DNA of 64,000 nucleotides, taken from positions 103,654 through 167,653 of the forward strand of contig JAVEZS010000001.1 in the NCBI GenBank assembly GCA_034002885.1, written 5' to 3'. The stretch comes from Bacteroidales bacterium. GTDB lineage: Bacteria; Bacteroidota; Bacteroidia; Bacteroidales; VadinHA17. Under the pieces are notes generated by a model that was given only the letters and a program-made list of their open reading frames with translations, did not search any database and had not been told where the DNA came from. Each line of letters begins with the position of its first letter. Position 1 is the first letter of the stretch. Positions 1-9,835 of the stretch are shown here, piece by piece. Made by a program: the position numbers and the translations under genes.

Positions 1-1
1 C

Positions 2-496
2 AAGACCCTTGATATATCGGCTCTGAGTTTTCACAGGGTTCTTCAGACAGCCTATAAATATGATGCACTCAACGAATGGGGTTCGGTTGTTGCACTTTCA
101 TATGTTGCTGCTCAAAGGACCCTGGCAGGCTATAATGATATGGGCGATGCCAAAGCCCTTCTTGAATCGATTGCCCGTTCTTTCGGGTATATTTACGGCC
201 GGGACAGGAAGGTCAGGATAAATACTATTTCACAGTCCCCCACACCTACAACAGCAGGAAGCGGAATACACGGTTTCGATTCCCTTGTCGATTTCTCTGA
301 AAGAATGTCGCCCCTTGGAAATGCTACAGCCGAGGAATGTGCCGATTATTGCATATCTCTTTTCTCTGATCTGACGCGGAAAGTGACCATGCAGAACCTT
401 TATCATGACGGAGGATTCTCCAGCATGGGTATGAGCCAGAGAGCCATTGAGCAATACAGGAAGAGTTTTGAGGAATGTGACTGTAAAGAGGAGTAG
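2..496 (+). CDS. fabI: Enoyl-[acyl-carrier-protein] reductase (FabI type), C-terminal part. The 5-prime end lies outside the window.
   Basis: The frame is open from base 2. The translation ...SYVAAQRTLAGYNDMGDAKALLES...RINTISQSP...NLYHDGGFS carries the SDR-type Tyr-x6-Lys active-site spacing (YNDMGDAK) typical of FabI. Confidence 0.8.
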   Translation, partial: KTLDISALSFHRVLQTAYKYDALNEWGSVVALSYVAAQRTLAGYNDMGDAKALLESIARSFGYIYGRDRKVRINTISQSPTPTTAGSGIHGFDSLVDFSERMSPLGNATAEECADYCISLFSDLTRKVTMQNLYHDGGFSSMGMSQRAIEQYRKSFEECDCKEE

Positions 497-520
497 TAAG
501 TATAAATACCTATTTTTCAG

Positions 521-552
521 GCGATTTACAGATTGATAAATCGCTTTTTTTA
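521..552 (+). terminator. Rho-independent terminator after fabI
   Basis: Perfect 8-bp stem gcgattta (521-528) / taaatcgc (537-544) with an 8-nt loop, followed by a T-run (545-551). Confidence 0.7.
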
Positions 553-558
553 TATTTG
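551..558 (+). promoter_or_regulatory. Bacteroidota-type -7 promoter box (TAnnTTTG) for the DUF819-like gene
   Basis: tatatttg lies 24 bp upstream of the ATG at 582. Confidence 0.4.
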
Positions 559-581
559 GATCTGATGCAGATCATAAAACA

Positions 582-1847
582 ATGTTACAGATTATCCTAC
601 TAGTAATTTTCTATTTTACCTTTCCCCTTGTCATAATATGGATGTGTCGCCGATGGTCATTTTTCAGGAAGCTGGGATCAATAGTCCTTGCCTATGGATT
701 TGGCCTCGTTATTAGCACTATAGGCATTCTTCCAAGGGGAAGCGATGCGTACCGGACAGCCCTTCAGGGGGATAAATATCTTCCGGCAGAAGAGGTTGAA
801 GCTCTCTTTACATCGGGAAAGATCAGTGATGAAGACATTCTCGTCAATAATATTGCAACAACACAGGATACTCTTGTTGCTGTGGGTGTACTTGCATTTC
901 CACTTTTACTTTTTTCCCTTAATATCCGCCGCTGGCTCAGATACGCAAAGGAAGGATTCTTTTCAATGTTTCTTGCCATAATCTCGATTATTGTGGTTGT
1001 GACAAGCGGCTTTCTGATATTCCGGGATATAGTTCCGGAATGCTGGAAGGTGGGAGGGATGCTCGTCGGAGTCTATACCGGAGGAACGCCCAATATGGTA
1101 TCGTTGAAACTAGCTCTTGATGTGGAACCAAACATGTTTATCATGGCAAATACCTACGACATGGTTGTAGGAGCAATTACAATAATATTTTTTATCACTG
1201 CCGGACCCAGGTTTTTCAGGGCTTTTCTTCCGGCTTTCAGGAAGATCGGGGGAGCAGGCGAGTCAGGAGATGTAATGGATGCTGAAAGTTTTGAAGACTA
1301 TTCGGGCATGTTTAAAAAGGGTGTTATCATGAACCTGCTGAAGGCCCTGGGGATAGCATTCCTGATTCTTGGATTATCAGTAGGGGTGAGCATCCTGGTT
1401 TTTGGCAAAATGCTTGATCCGGTTATTATTCTGTCTATTACAACACTGTCAATAATTGCATCCCTCTTCACCTGGATCAACAGGATTGAAAAGACCTTCC
1501 AGCTGGGTATGTATTTTGTTCTTATCTTTTCGCTCATTGTTGCCTCTATGGCCGATCTCAGGGCAATTTTCAGCCTTAGTATGCTTGGGGTGCTGGGATT
1601 TGTGACATGGTGCTATTTCGGTTCACTTCTTCTGCATCTCCTTCTTTCGATGATATTTAAGATAGACGCCGACAACTACCTTATTACAACCACTGCCTTC
1701 GTTTTTTCGCCTCCGTTTGTTCCCGTTGTGGCCGTGGCGCTTAAAAACAAGGATGTGATAATAACAGGTATAACTGTAGGGATAATAGGTTATGTGATTG
1801 GTAACTACCTTGGCGTTGCGCTTGGATTCTTTATGAAGGGATTATAA
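582..1847 (+). CDS. Polytopic integral membrane protein (DUF819-like)
   Basis: The 421-aa ORF is hydrophobic throughout, with about 10 or more predicted TM stretches. The family assignment is from memory of the DUF819 architecture only. Confidence 0.6.
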   Translation: MLQIILLVIFYFTFPLVIIWMCRRWSFFRKLGSIVLAYGFGLVISTIGILPRGSDAYRTALQGDKYLPAEEVEALFTSGKISDEDILVNNIATTQDTLVAVGVLAFPLLLFSLNIRRWLRYAKEGFFSMFLAIISIIVVVTSGFLIFRDIVPECWKVGGMLVGVYTGGTPNMVSLKLALDVEPNMFIMANTYDMVVGAITIIFFITAGPRFFRAFLPAFRKIGGAGESGDVMDAESFEDYSGMFKKGVIMNLLKALGIAFLILGLSVGVSILVFGKMLDPVIILSITTLSIIASLFTWINRIEKTFQLGMYFVLIFSLIVASMADLRAIFSLSMLGVLGFVTWCYFGSLLLHLLLSMIFKIDADNYLITTTAFVFSPPFVPVVAVALKNKDVIITGITVGIIGYVIGNYLGVALGFFMKGL

Positions 1848-1853
1848 TATTCT

Positions 1854-3200
1854 CTAGAAAAGGTAATTAAGCCCTATTGCAAAACCAATGTTCCCGTCCT
1901 GCTCGTTGAAAGCTTTGCCAATATCAACGGCAACCACAAAATTCTCGTTCATAACCGGCATAATGCTTATACCCAAGCTCTGATGGAGTTTCTCGTCTCC
2001 CGGTGAGAAGAAATCGTTATAGGAATACTTTGTAAGGTTATTATTAAAACGGGTCTGTAAGTCAGAAGGCATATCGATCTCATTGGTAATCATACCCATG
2101 TCGTAGAAGAGATTGAGCCCAAGGTAGCAATCCTGCTTCAGAAATGTAAAATAAAAGGGTTTCCAGCGCAGTTCAACATTGCCAAGGATGAAGCCGTCGC
2201 CAATTACACGGTTTCTCAGTACGCCCCTGAGGGTACTTGATCCTCCGAGTCCTTCGCTTGAATACCCTGTAAGCCTCGAAGTTATAACCTGCGATTGATA
2301 AAAGAACGGAACCTCACCCGAGAGAGTGGTCTGGTATCCTAACCTGTAAACAAGCGACAGATCCTTTTCAACCAGTGTGAAATACTGCCGGTGTGTTATA
2401 AAGAATTTGGAGAAACTCCAGTCGTTTCCCAGAAATCCCGGAGAAAACTCAATTCCCATTTCCGTCCAGATACCTTTCATAGGATTTGGTCTGTTATCCC
2501 TGCTGTCCCATGTTATCCCTGCCCTTAAAGTGTTCACCCAGCCTCCTTTTGCTTCATCTGAGCCAATAAGACCGAGTGAATCGCGGTAGATTTCAAAGAG
2601 ACCTGGCTCTTCAGAAAGTGACGGCAGAAGATCTTCGTCCTTTCCTTTATTAAGTTTATCAATATTGACAGAACCGGCATCGAAATTCTGTATGCTGAAT
2701 CCTGCGCTCCATTTCAGATGTTCACCCGATAATTTCCCAATAAAATCGTTTTTGAATCTGAACTGGTTCCTTTCAAACCTGTAGAACATTCTGGTCCTGT
2801 AGTCTGAGGATTCTTCGTCCATCCAGTTCTTGTTGAACACCGAATTATATCCGTTAAAGCCGTAGAAATGATTTGCCTGATCGGGAAGATAGGAAAGATC
2901 GCTTATCCATTCAACTCCCGGAATGAGATGATTCGACTCAAACATCAGCCTGTAAATACCGCTTCCCTTTGTGAATCTTGAGATCTCGGCATAGAGATGA
3001 TCAAAGTATTCTGGATACTTGCTTCCATCTCCGTAATTGAAGAATTCAGCCAGCGCCCCGTACTGAAATCCAAGATCAGAGTCGAATGAGATGGCGGGCA
3101 GTGCCCCACCGAATTTCCATCCGGTCTTTATTTTTTGTTCCTGCCCTGAGGCTTCAGCCATCAGAGTCATCGCAAATAAAATTATCAGGATCTTTTTCAT
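1854..3200 (-). CDS. Outer-membrane beta-barrel protein, Omp85/BamA-like, without POTRA domains
   Basis: Signal peptide MKKILIILFAMTLMAEASGQ. Alternating aromatic/glycine-rich beta-strand pattern. Ends in ...GLNYLF, a C-terminal Phe typical of OMP barrels. Confidence 0.6.
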   Translation of the reverse strand: MKKILIILFAMTLMAEASGQEQKIKTGWKFGGALPAISFDSDLGFQYGALAEFFNYGDGSKYPEYFDHLYAEISRFTKGSGIYRLMFESNHLIPGVEWISDLSYLPDQANHFYGFNGYNSVFNKNWMDEESSDYRTRMFYRFERNQFRFKNDFIGKLSGEHLKWSAGFSIQNFDAGSVNIDKLNKGKDEDLLPSLSEEPGLFEIYRDSLGLIGSDEAKGGWVNTLRAGITWDSRDNRPNPMKGIWTEMGIEFSPGFLGNDWSFSKFFITHRQYFTLVEKDLSLVYRLGYQTTLSGEVPFFYQSQVITSRLTGYSSEGLGGSSTLRGVLRNRVIGDGFILGNVELRWKPFYFTFLKQDCYLGLNLFYDMGMITNEIDMPSDLQTRFNNNLTKYSYNDFFSPGDEKLHQSLGISIMPVMNENFVVAVDIGKAFNEQDGNIGFAIGLNYLF

Positions 3201-3397
3201 GTGTAAATAAATTTGTTTTTAAAGGTCACAGGGAATTCACATGGATAAGTTTTCATTCTTGTCTGAGTTTTGAAACATGTGGGTTTCATAAATTTCAGAT
3301 TTGTTAGAGGACGATAAAGATAAAGAAAAGTATAAATCACAGATATTTTTTTCAATAATTGCTACCTTCGACATTATTTTAACTGTAAAAAGCTCAT

Positions 3398-4690
3398 ATG
3401 ACGCTTGTTATTAAGAATATAAAAGGGCTGGTCGGCACCGGTGAAAAGCACAGGCCAAAACTTTGCGGTCGTGAAATGGCGGAAGTTAATATAATTGAAA
3501 ACGCTTACCTTACGGTTGATGGCGAAACGATAACCGGTTTCGGCAGGATGGCTGATTTTTCCACTGAAATGCCATCCGGTTCAGACAATGACGCTGAAAT
3601 CTTCGACGCTTCTGGCAGATTTGTTTTTCCCTCATTCTGCGATCCCCATACACACCTGGTCTATGCCGGAAGTCGCGAGCAGGAGTATGCCGACAGGATA
3701 AAAGGCCTCTCGTATGAGGAGATTGCAAGGAGGGGAGGGGGGATTCTCAATTCAGCAGCACTGATGCATAAGACCTCAGAAGATGAGTTGTTTATTCAGT
3801 CGATTAAAAGAATTGACGAGATTATTGCATCCGGAACAGGTGCGGTTGAGATCAAGAGCGGCTATGGACTTTCAACAGAGGATGAACTGAAAATGCTTCG
3901 AGTCATACGAAGGATAAGGGATAGTTCTCCTCTGGAAGTCAAAGCGACTTTTTTGGGAGCCCATGCAATACCTCAGGTTTATAAAAATGACAGGAGTAAG
4001 TATGTTGACCTTATAATAAACGAAATGATCCCCGTGGTCGCTTCTGAGGATCTCGCTGACTATATCGATGTATTCTGCGACACTGGATTTTTTACCGTGG
4101 ATGAAACAGAAAGGATACTCATGGCAGGTCTCAAGTACGGGCTTATTCCGAAGATACATGCAAATGAAATCGGTTTCTCGGGAGGAGTGCAGACAGGTGT
4201 TAAATACAATGCCCTTTCTGTTGATCATCTTGAAAGGACAGGAGAAGAAGAATTTGAGGCGCTTTACGGGACTGAGACAATGCCAACACTTCTTCCGGGG
4301 TCGTCATTTTTTCTGGGTTTGCCTGATCCGCCGGCCCGAAGGATGATAAACAGGGGACTGGCAGTAGCCATGGCTTCAGATTATAACCCTGGTTCCGCAC
4401 CCTCCGGCAATATGAAGCTTGTCATGTCGTTTGGCACGGTGAAACTCAGGATGACACCTGAAGAATCATTCAATGCAGTGACACTTAATGCAGCTTATGC
4501 AATGGGTATTTCCGATACCCATGGTTCGATAGAAAGGGGTAAGGTGGCGAATTTATTCATAACCAGGGAGATGCCTTCTTTTTATTACTTCTCCTATGCT
4601 TTTGGAAGTAATCTGGTGGAAAAGGTGATCCTGAAGGGAAAGATGATAGACAGAAGGATTGAAGAACCTTTAGCTTTCTTCCTGGATTAA
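3398..4690 (+). CDS. hutI: Imidazolonepropionase
   Basis: The 430-aa ORF has the amidohydrolase metal motif FCDPHTHLVYAGSRE and matches HutI in length and overall pattern. Confidence 0.85.
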   Translation: MTLVIKNIKGLVGTGEKHRPKLCGREMAEVNIIENAYLTVDGETITGFGRMADFSTEMPSGSDNDAEIFDASGRFVFPSFCDPHTHLVYAGSREQEYADRIKGLSYEEIARRGGGILNSAALMHKTSEDELFIQSIKRIDEIIASGTGAVEIKSGYGLSTEDELKMLRVIRRIRDSSPLEVKATFLGAHAIPQVYKNDRSKYVDLIINEMIPVVASEDLADYIDVFCDTGFFTVDETERILMAGLKYGLIPKIHANEIGFSGGVQTGVKYNALSVDHLERTGEEEFEALYGTETMPTLLPGSSFFLGLPDPPARRMINRGLAVAMASDYNPGSAPSGNMKLVMSFGTVKLRMTPEESFNAVTLNAAYAMGISDTHGSIERGKVANLFITREMPSFYYFSYAFGSNLVEKVILKGKMIDRRIEEPLAFFLD

Positions 4691-4722
4691 CTATGAATTT
4701 TAACAGACTATATTAATAATAT

Positions 4723-6387
4723 ATGGATATGCAAAAACGGATAATTGAATGTGTTCCTAATTTCAGCGAAGGCAGGGATATGGAAATAATAAAGCAGATT
4801 ACAGACGTCATCGGGGCAGTAACAGGAGTAAGAGTGCTGGATGTTGATCCGGGAAACGATACCAATCGTACCGTGGTAACTTTCGCAGGAGAACCGGAAC
4901 ATGTTTGTGAAGCTGCTTTCAGAGCTGTAAAGAGGGCATCGGAGCTTATCGATATGGCGAAGCATCATGGCAAACATCCCAGGATGGGGGCAACTGATGT
5001 ATGTCCTCTGGTTCCGGTTTCGGGTATTACCATGGAGGAAACAATCGTCTATGCCCGCGAACTGGCAAAAAGGATAGGAGAAGAATTATCAATTCCTGTT
5101 TATTGCTACGAGAATGCTGCATTTGAGGAGAAAAGAAGAAATCTTGCCAATTGCAGGGCAGGAGAATATGAAGGACTTAAGGAAAAGCTTGCTGATCCCG
5201 GATGGAAGCCCGATTTTGGCCCGGCTGAGTTCAATGAAAAGTCGGGGGCAACAGCTGTGGGGGCAAGGGATTTTCTTGTCGCATTCAATGTTAACCTTAA
5301 CACAACCTCGACCCGGAGGGCTAATGCCATTGCCTTTGATGTCAGGGAAAAAGGGAGAATAGTTAAAAATGAAACCGGCGAATCCGTTACGGTTCCCGGA
5401 ACTCTGAAGTATGTTAAGGCAATCGGATGGTATATTGCTGAATATGGTGTTGCCCAGATTTCGATGAATCTGACCAATATTTCGATGACCCCGGTTCACA
5501 TTGCCTTTGATGAAGTATGCCGGAAGGCGGAGGAACGTGGAGTGAGAGTAACAGGTTCTGAGTTGGTAGGCATGATTCCTCTGAATGCCATGCTTGATGC
5601 CGGTAGGTATTTTCTTGCAAAGCAGAAAAGATCGCTTGGCGTTCCTGATGAAGAGCTGATCAGGATTGCTGTCAGATCGCTGGGGCTGGGAGATATAAAT
5701 CCCTTCAGACACGAGGAGAAAATAATAGAATATGTTCTGGATAAGGATACAGATAACCGGCTTGTTAACATGAGCCTTAAAGATTTCATGAATGAAACCG
5801 CTTCTGAATCTGTTGCACCAGGAGGAGGTTCTGTATCAGCTTATATGGGTGCACTCGGGACCGCACTGGGGACTATGACAGCCAATATCTCAGGTCATAA
5901 AAGGGGTTGGGATGACCGGTGGAAAGAGTTTTCTGACTGGGCTGAGAAGGGAAAGGAGATACAGAATAAGCTGCTCGCTCTGGTTGACGAGGATACAAGG
6001 GCTTTCAGTAAGATCCTTGATGCGTTCGGTCTGCCCCGAACCACTGATGAAGAAAGATCACTCAGACACCTGGCTGTTCAGGCTGCAACAAGGGAAGCAT
6101 CACTTGTTCCTTTCAGGGTGATGGAGACGGCTTTTTCAGCTTTTGAGCTGCTCAGATACATGGTTATTAACGGTAATCCGAACTCGGTTACTGATTCTGC
6201 AGTTGGTGCTCTTGCAGTACGATCCTGCATAAAGGGAGCCTTTCTCAATGTTAAGATAAATACAAATGGACTGGACGACAAGGAGTTTGTCAGGGATCTA
6301 CTTGTCAGGGGCGAAGAAATTGAGCTAAAAGCTTCTTCCGAGGAAGAGGAGATCCTTAGGCTTACCGCCCGTACCCTTAATCTGTGA
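4723..6387 (+). CDS. ftcD: Bifunctional glutamate formimidoyltransferase / formimidoyl-THF cyclodeaminase (fused FTCD)
   Basis: N-terminal ECVPNFSEGRD transferase signature. The C-terminal roughly 200 aa carry the cyclodeaminase pattern APGGGSVSAYMGALGTALGTMTANI. It starts 32 bp after hutI. Confidence 0.85.
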   Translation: MDMQKRIIECVPNFSEGRDMEIIKQITDVIGAVTGVRVLDVDPGNDTNRTVVTFAGEPEHVCEAAFRAVKRASELIDMAKHHGKHPRMGATDVCPLVPVSGITMEETIVYARELAKRIGEELSIPVYCYENAAFEEKRRNLANCRAGEYEGLKEKLADPGWKPDFGPAEFNEKSGATAVGARDFLVAFNVNLNTTSTRRANAIAFDVREKGRIVKNETGESVTVPGTLKYVKAIGWYIAEYGVAQISMNLTNISMTPVHIAFDEVCRKAEERGVRVTGSELVGMIPLNAMLDAGRYFLAKQKRSLGVPDEELIRIAVRSLGLGDINPFRHEEKIIEYVLDKDTDNRLVNMSLKDFMNETASESVAPGGGSVSAYMGALGTALGTMTANISGHKRGWDDRWKEFSDWAEKGKEIQNKLLALVDEDTRAFSKILDAFGLPRTTDEERSLRHLAVQAATREASLVPFRVMETAFSAFELLRYMVINGNPNSVTDSAVGALAVRSCIKGAFLNVKINTNGLDDKEFVRDLLVRGEEIELKASSEEEEILRLTARTLNL

Positions 6388-6697
6388 GCGTTTCACGGCA
6401 AATGTCTTTTCCTTAACCTTAAAAACACCTGCGGTTTTATCCTTTTTAATGCTAATTAACATCGGATTCCGATAAGGGATCAGGGTTGTTTTTCAGAGAC
6501 TATTCAGCAAAAATACGCTTTTATGTTAATCCTGTAAAGATATCGGGGTGTAATTGTTATATGTATTAACCTCAGTAATGTTTTGTGTATTAATTTCATA
6601 GCCGGGATCTGAGAAATTAAAAAAAGTTAAAAGTGATGTTTGTCATTGCAAATAATTAGCCTATATTTATCGACGATTAACCTAAACCAGTTGTTTT

Positions 6698-9600
6698 ATG
6701 AAAAAATTCCTAATGACTTTAACACTGTTTCTTGTAGCAGGTGTTCTTGTTATGAGTCAAACAGTGCAGATCACGGGTACTGTTACAAGTTCAGAGGATG
6801 GACTTGGCGTTCCCGGAGTTAACGTTACAGTAAAGGGAACCACAATCGGGGCCATAACGGGAAATGAAGGCAAATATGTCATTTCAGCTCCTGAAAGTGC
6901 CCAGGCTCTCGTTTTCAGTTTCATCGGCTTCATTACCCAGGAGGCTCCAATCCAGGGAAGGAGAAGCATAGATGTAGTATTGAAGCAGGACCTTTATAAT
7001 GTAGATGAGGTTGTGGTTGTAGCCTATGGCACGCAGCAGAAGCGCGAAATTGCCGGTGCCATATCCGCCGTCGATGGCGAATCAATTGCCAAAATGAATC
7101 TTCAGAGTTTCGACCAGGGGCTGGCCGGTAAGGCAGCCGGTGTGGCAATTACACTCCCGAACGGTGTTCTTAACAATCCTCCTGTTATCCGTATCAGGGG
7201 TTTCAACTCGATCACATCCAGTTCAAACCCTCTCGTTGTTGTCGATGGTGTTCCTGTATTTACAGGTAACATCGGGGGAACTGCAATACAAAACTCCCTT
7301 GCCGACATCAACCCTTCGGATATTGAATCGATGGAGATACTAAAGGATGCATCTGCAACAGCTTTGTATGGTTCAAGAGCTGCCAACGGTGTAATTATCA
7401 TTACTACCAAAAGAGGATCGGGAGCAAGGACAAAAGTAACCTATGATGGTTATGCCGGATGGACCGAACCTTACAGACTCTTTGACCTTATGGATGCCAA
7501 ACAGTACCTCGCACATAAGAACCTTGCATATGCCAATGCAGGATCCACTGTTGTTCTGAAACAGGTTAATGATGCAGGTGGAAAACCAATCGACACAAAC
7601 TGGGCCGACTATGTTTATCAGAAAGGTTTTCAGCAGAATCACGCAATAACAGTGTCCGGTTCTTCGCCTTCAACTTCGTATTTCCTTTCTGTTGGTTATA
7701 CCGATCAGGACGGGATGATAAAGAAAAACTTCTACAACAGGCGGAATGCCAGGATGAATGTAGATCACAAGATAAACAAGTATTTGACGATTGGTGCCAA
7801 TGTGGCCTATACAAATGGTTATACTGAATCACCGAACACGGGATCAAACTTTTCAACTGCCGGGGCTGCACGTCTTGCTTTCGTTCTTCCTCCGATAATA
7901 GGACCCTATCTTAACGATGGCTCCTATAACGTTTATGGAGGCGGTATAGGAGGAATGGGAACAGGTCTGGCAGCTGGTCTGGGTTATCATAATCCCGGTC
8001 AGATCTTTGAAACCAACAAACATACCACTGAATCAGACAGGATACTGGCAAACATCACAGCCAGCCTGGAGCTTATCAAGGGACTGGTGCTCAAGACTAA
8101 CTACGGTATGGATAATCTTGCAAGGGAGACGACGACTTTCTGGTCGGCAATAGGTGGTGACGGGTATGGCTACGGCGGATATGCCTATAACTGGACCGGA
8201 AAGGATAAAAGATGGACCTGGACAAATACAGCCAATTACAATGTAACACTTAAAGAGAAACTGAACATTGGCGTTCTGGCAGGTATGGAACAGCAGAGAA
8301 CAGTGGGAAGCAGCTGGAATGCAACCAAAACCGAGGTCTCTGACCCATTCTTTGAAACTTTTGCAGGAGCGTGGTCAACAGGATACGGTGTTCCTGGCGG
8401 AGGATTTGGTGAGAACTATTATATGTCGTATTTCGGACGTTTCAATACCAACTGGGATAAGAAGTATTATCTGGAGGCAAGTTTCAGGCGTGATGGTTTC
8501 AGCGGTCTTTCGAAAGATAATCACTGGGGTAATTTCGGAGGCGTGTCTCTTATGTGGAACATATCAAATGAAGGCTTCATTGCCAACACTGGTCTGAACA
8601 ACCTGTTTTCCGATATGAGGTTGAAACTCAGCTATGGACGGGTTGGCAATATGTTCGGTATCGATAACTACAGTTCATTGTTCCTCTACTCAGCCAGTCT
8701 TTACGGGGAAGAACCCACACTTGCTTTTTCCCAGGCCGGAAATGCTGACCTGCAGTGGGAGACAAGTGACAAATATGATGTAGGCCTCAGTTTCGGACTA
8801 CTAAACGACAGGTTACAGGCAGATATCAATTTCTTCTACAATGATGTAAACAATCTTATCCTGAGCGTACCGCAATCTCCCTCAAAAGGTATTCCTGGCA
8901 ATTCGATCCCTGCCAACGTCGGATCGATGTATAACAGAGGTCTTGAGTTCTCACTTACAAGCTACAATATAGCCAAGCAGAACTTCAGCTGGACTACCAA
9001 TTTCAACTTCACGACTATTAAGAACGAAGTCACCGAACTTGCTCCGGGTGTTGAGGAGATCCGTACTGCAACAGCAGATCTGGAAACCACAAACATTACG
9101 GTTGTGGGCAAGCCGGTCGGCAACCTTCTTGTGGTTGAAACACGGGGTGTGGATCCTGCAACAGGACGAAGGATATTTGTTAATGCCGCAGGCAAGGAAG
9201 TGCTTTATGATCATTCTGCAGCATCGAGATGGACCTATAAGTCTGACGGCTCGGTAGCACCGGCAATAAACACTGCAAATGATGGTGTGGCTTATGCATC
9301 GCCTCTTCCAAAATACTACGGGGGTATCGATAACACCATCAGCTACAAGAATTTTGATTTTGCACTTAACATGACCTATGCTTTCGGGTTCTATGTCTAC
9401 TGCGGATCAAAGGCAGGGATCAGGGACCAGAGATGGTGGAACAACTCTGTTGAAGTTTATGAGACAGCATGGAAGAAGCAGGGTGACATCACCAATATTC
9501 CCAAGCCGGTAATGGGCGATAACGTTTCGAATGGTTCAGCATTTGCGATCAGCGAGAATGTTGAAAAAGGCGACTACTTGAAAATAAGAAATATCTCCCT

Positions 9601-9814
9601 GGGATACACATTCACCAATATCTGGCAGGATGTGCTGAATATCCAAAGTCTCAGGCTTTACGGACAGGTATTCAATCCTTATGTATTTACAAAATACTCC
9701 GGATCTGACCCTGAAGTTTCCACGAACACTGACTCCAACCTGGCCCCCGGGATCGACAGGAACTCCGCACCTCAGGCAAGGACATTTACCTTTGGGGTTA
9801 ATGTAAGTTTTTAA
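6698..9814 (+). CDS. SusC/RagA-family TonB-dependent outer-membrane transporter
   Basis: 1038 aa with a signal peptide and a carboxypeptidase-regulatory-like N-domain (VTGTVTSSEDGLGVPGVNVTVKG). Plug start DEVVVVAYGTQQK and NGVIIITTKRG. C-terminal ...FGVNVSF. Confidence 0.95.
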   Translation: MKKFLMTLTLFLVAGVLVMSQTVQITGTVTSSEDGLGVPGVNVTVKGTTIGAITGNEGKYVISAPESAQALVFSFIGFITQEAPIQGRRSIDVVLKQDLYNVDEVVVVAYGTQQKREIAGAISAVDGESIAKMNLQSFDQGLAGKAAGVAITLPNGVLNNPPVIRIRGFNSITSSSNPLVVVDGVPVFTGNIGGTAIQNSLADINPSDIESMEILKDASATALYGSRAANGVIIITTKRGSGARTKVTYDGYAGWTEPYRLFDLMDAKQYLAHKNLAYANAGSTVVLKQVNDAGGKPIDTNWADYVYQKGFQQNHAITVSGSSPSTSYFLSVGYTDQDGMIKKNFYNRRNARMNVDHKINKYLTIGANVAYTNGYTESPNTGSNFSTAGAARLAFVLPPIIGPYLNDGSYNVYGGGIGGMGTGLAAGLGYHNPGQIFETNKHTTESDRILANITASLELIKGLVLKTNYGMDNLARETTTFWSAIGGDGYGYGGYAYNWTGKDKRWTWTNTANYNVTLKEKLNIGVLAGMEQQRTVGSSWNATKTEVSDPFFETFAGAWSTGYGVPGGGFGENYYMSYFGRFNTNWDKKYYLEASFRRDGFSGLSKDNHWGNFGGVSLMWNISNEGFIANTGLNNLFSDMRLKLSYGRVGNMFGIDNYSSLFLYSASLYGEEPTLAFSQAGNADLQWETSDKYDVGLSFGLLNDRLQADINFFYNDVNNLILSVPQSPSKGIPGNSIPANVGSMYNRGLEFSLTSYNIAKQNFSWTTNFNFTTIKNEVTELAPGVEEIRTATADLETTNITVVGKPVGNLLVVETRGVDPATGRRIFVNAAGKEVLYDHSAASRWTYKSDGSVAPAINTANDGVAYASPLPKYYGGIDNTISYKNFDFALNMTYAFGFYVYCGSKAGIRDQRWWNNSVEVYETAWKKQGDITNIPKPVMGDNVSNGSAFAISENVEKGDYLKIRNISLGYTFTNIWQDVLNIQSLRLYGQVFNPYVFTKYSGSDPEVSTNTDSNLAPGIDRNSAPQARTFTFGVNVSF

Positions 9815-9835
9815 AAACAAAAAAAAGAAACAGAT

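Noticed and set aside
5089-5712. A 207-aa antisense ORF inside ftcD, with smaller ones at 5106-5477 and 5496-5789
   Set aside because: It is a shadow ORF of a confidently identified gene. It has no recognisable motifs and an odd composition.
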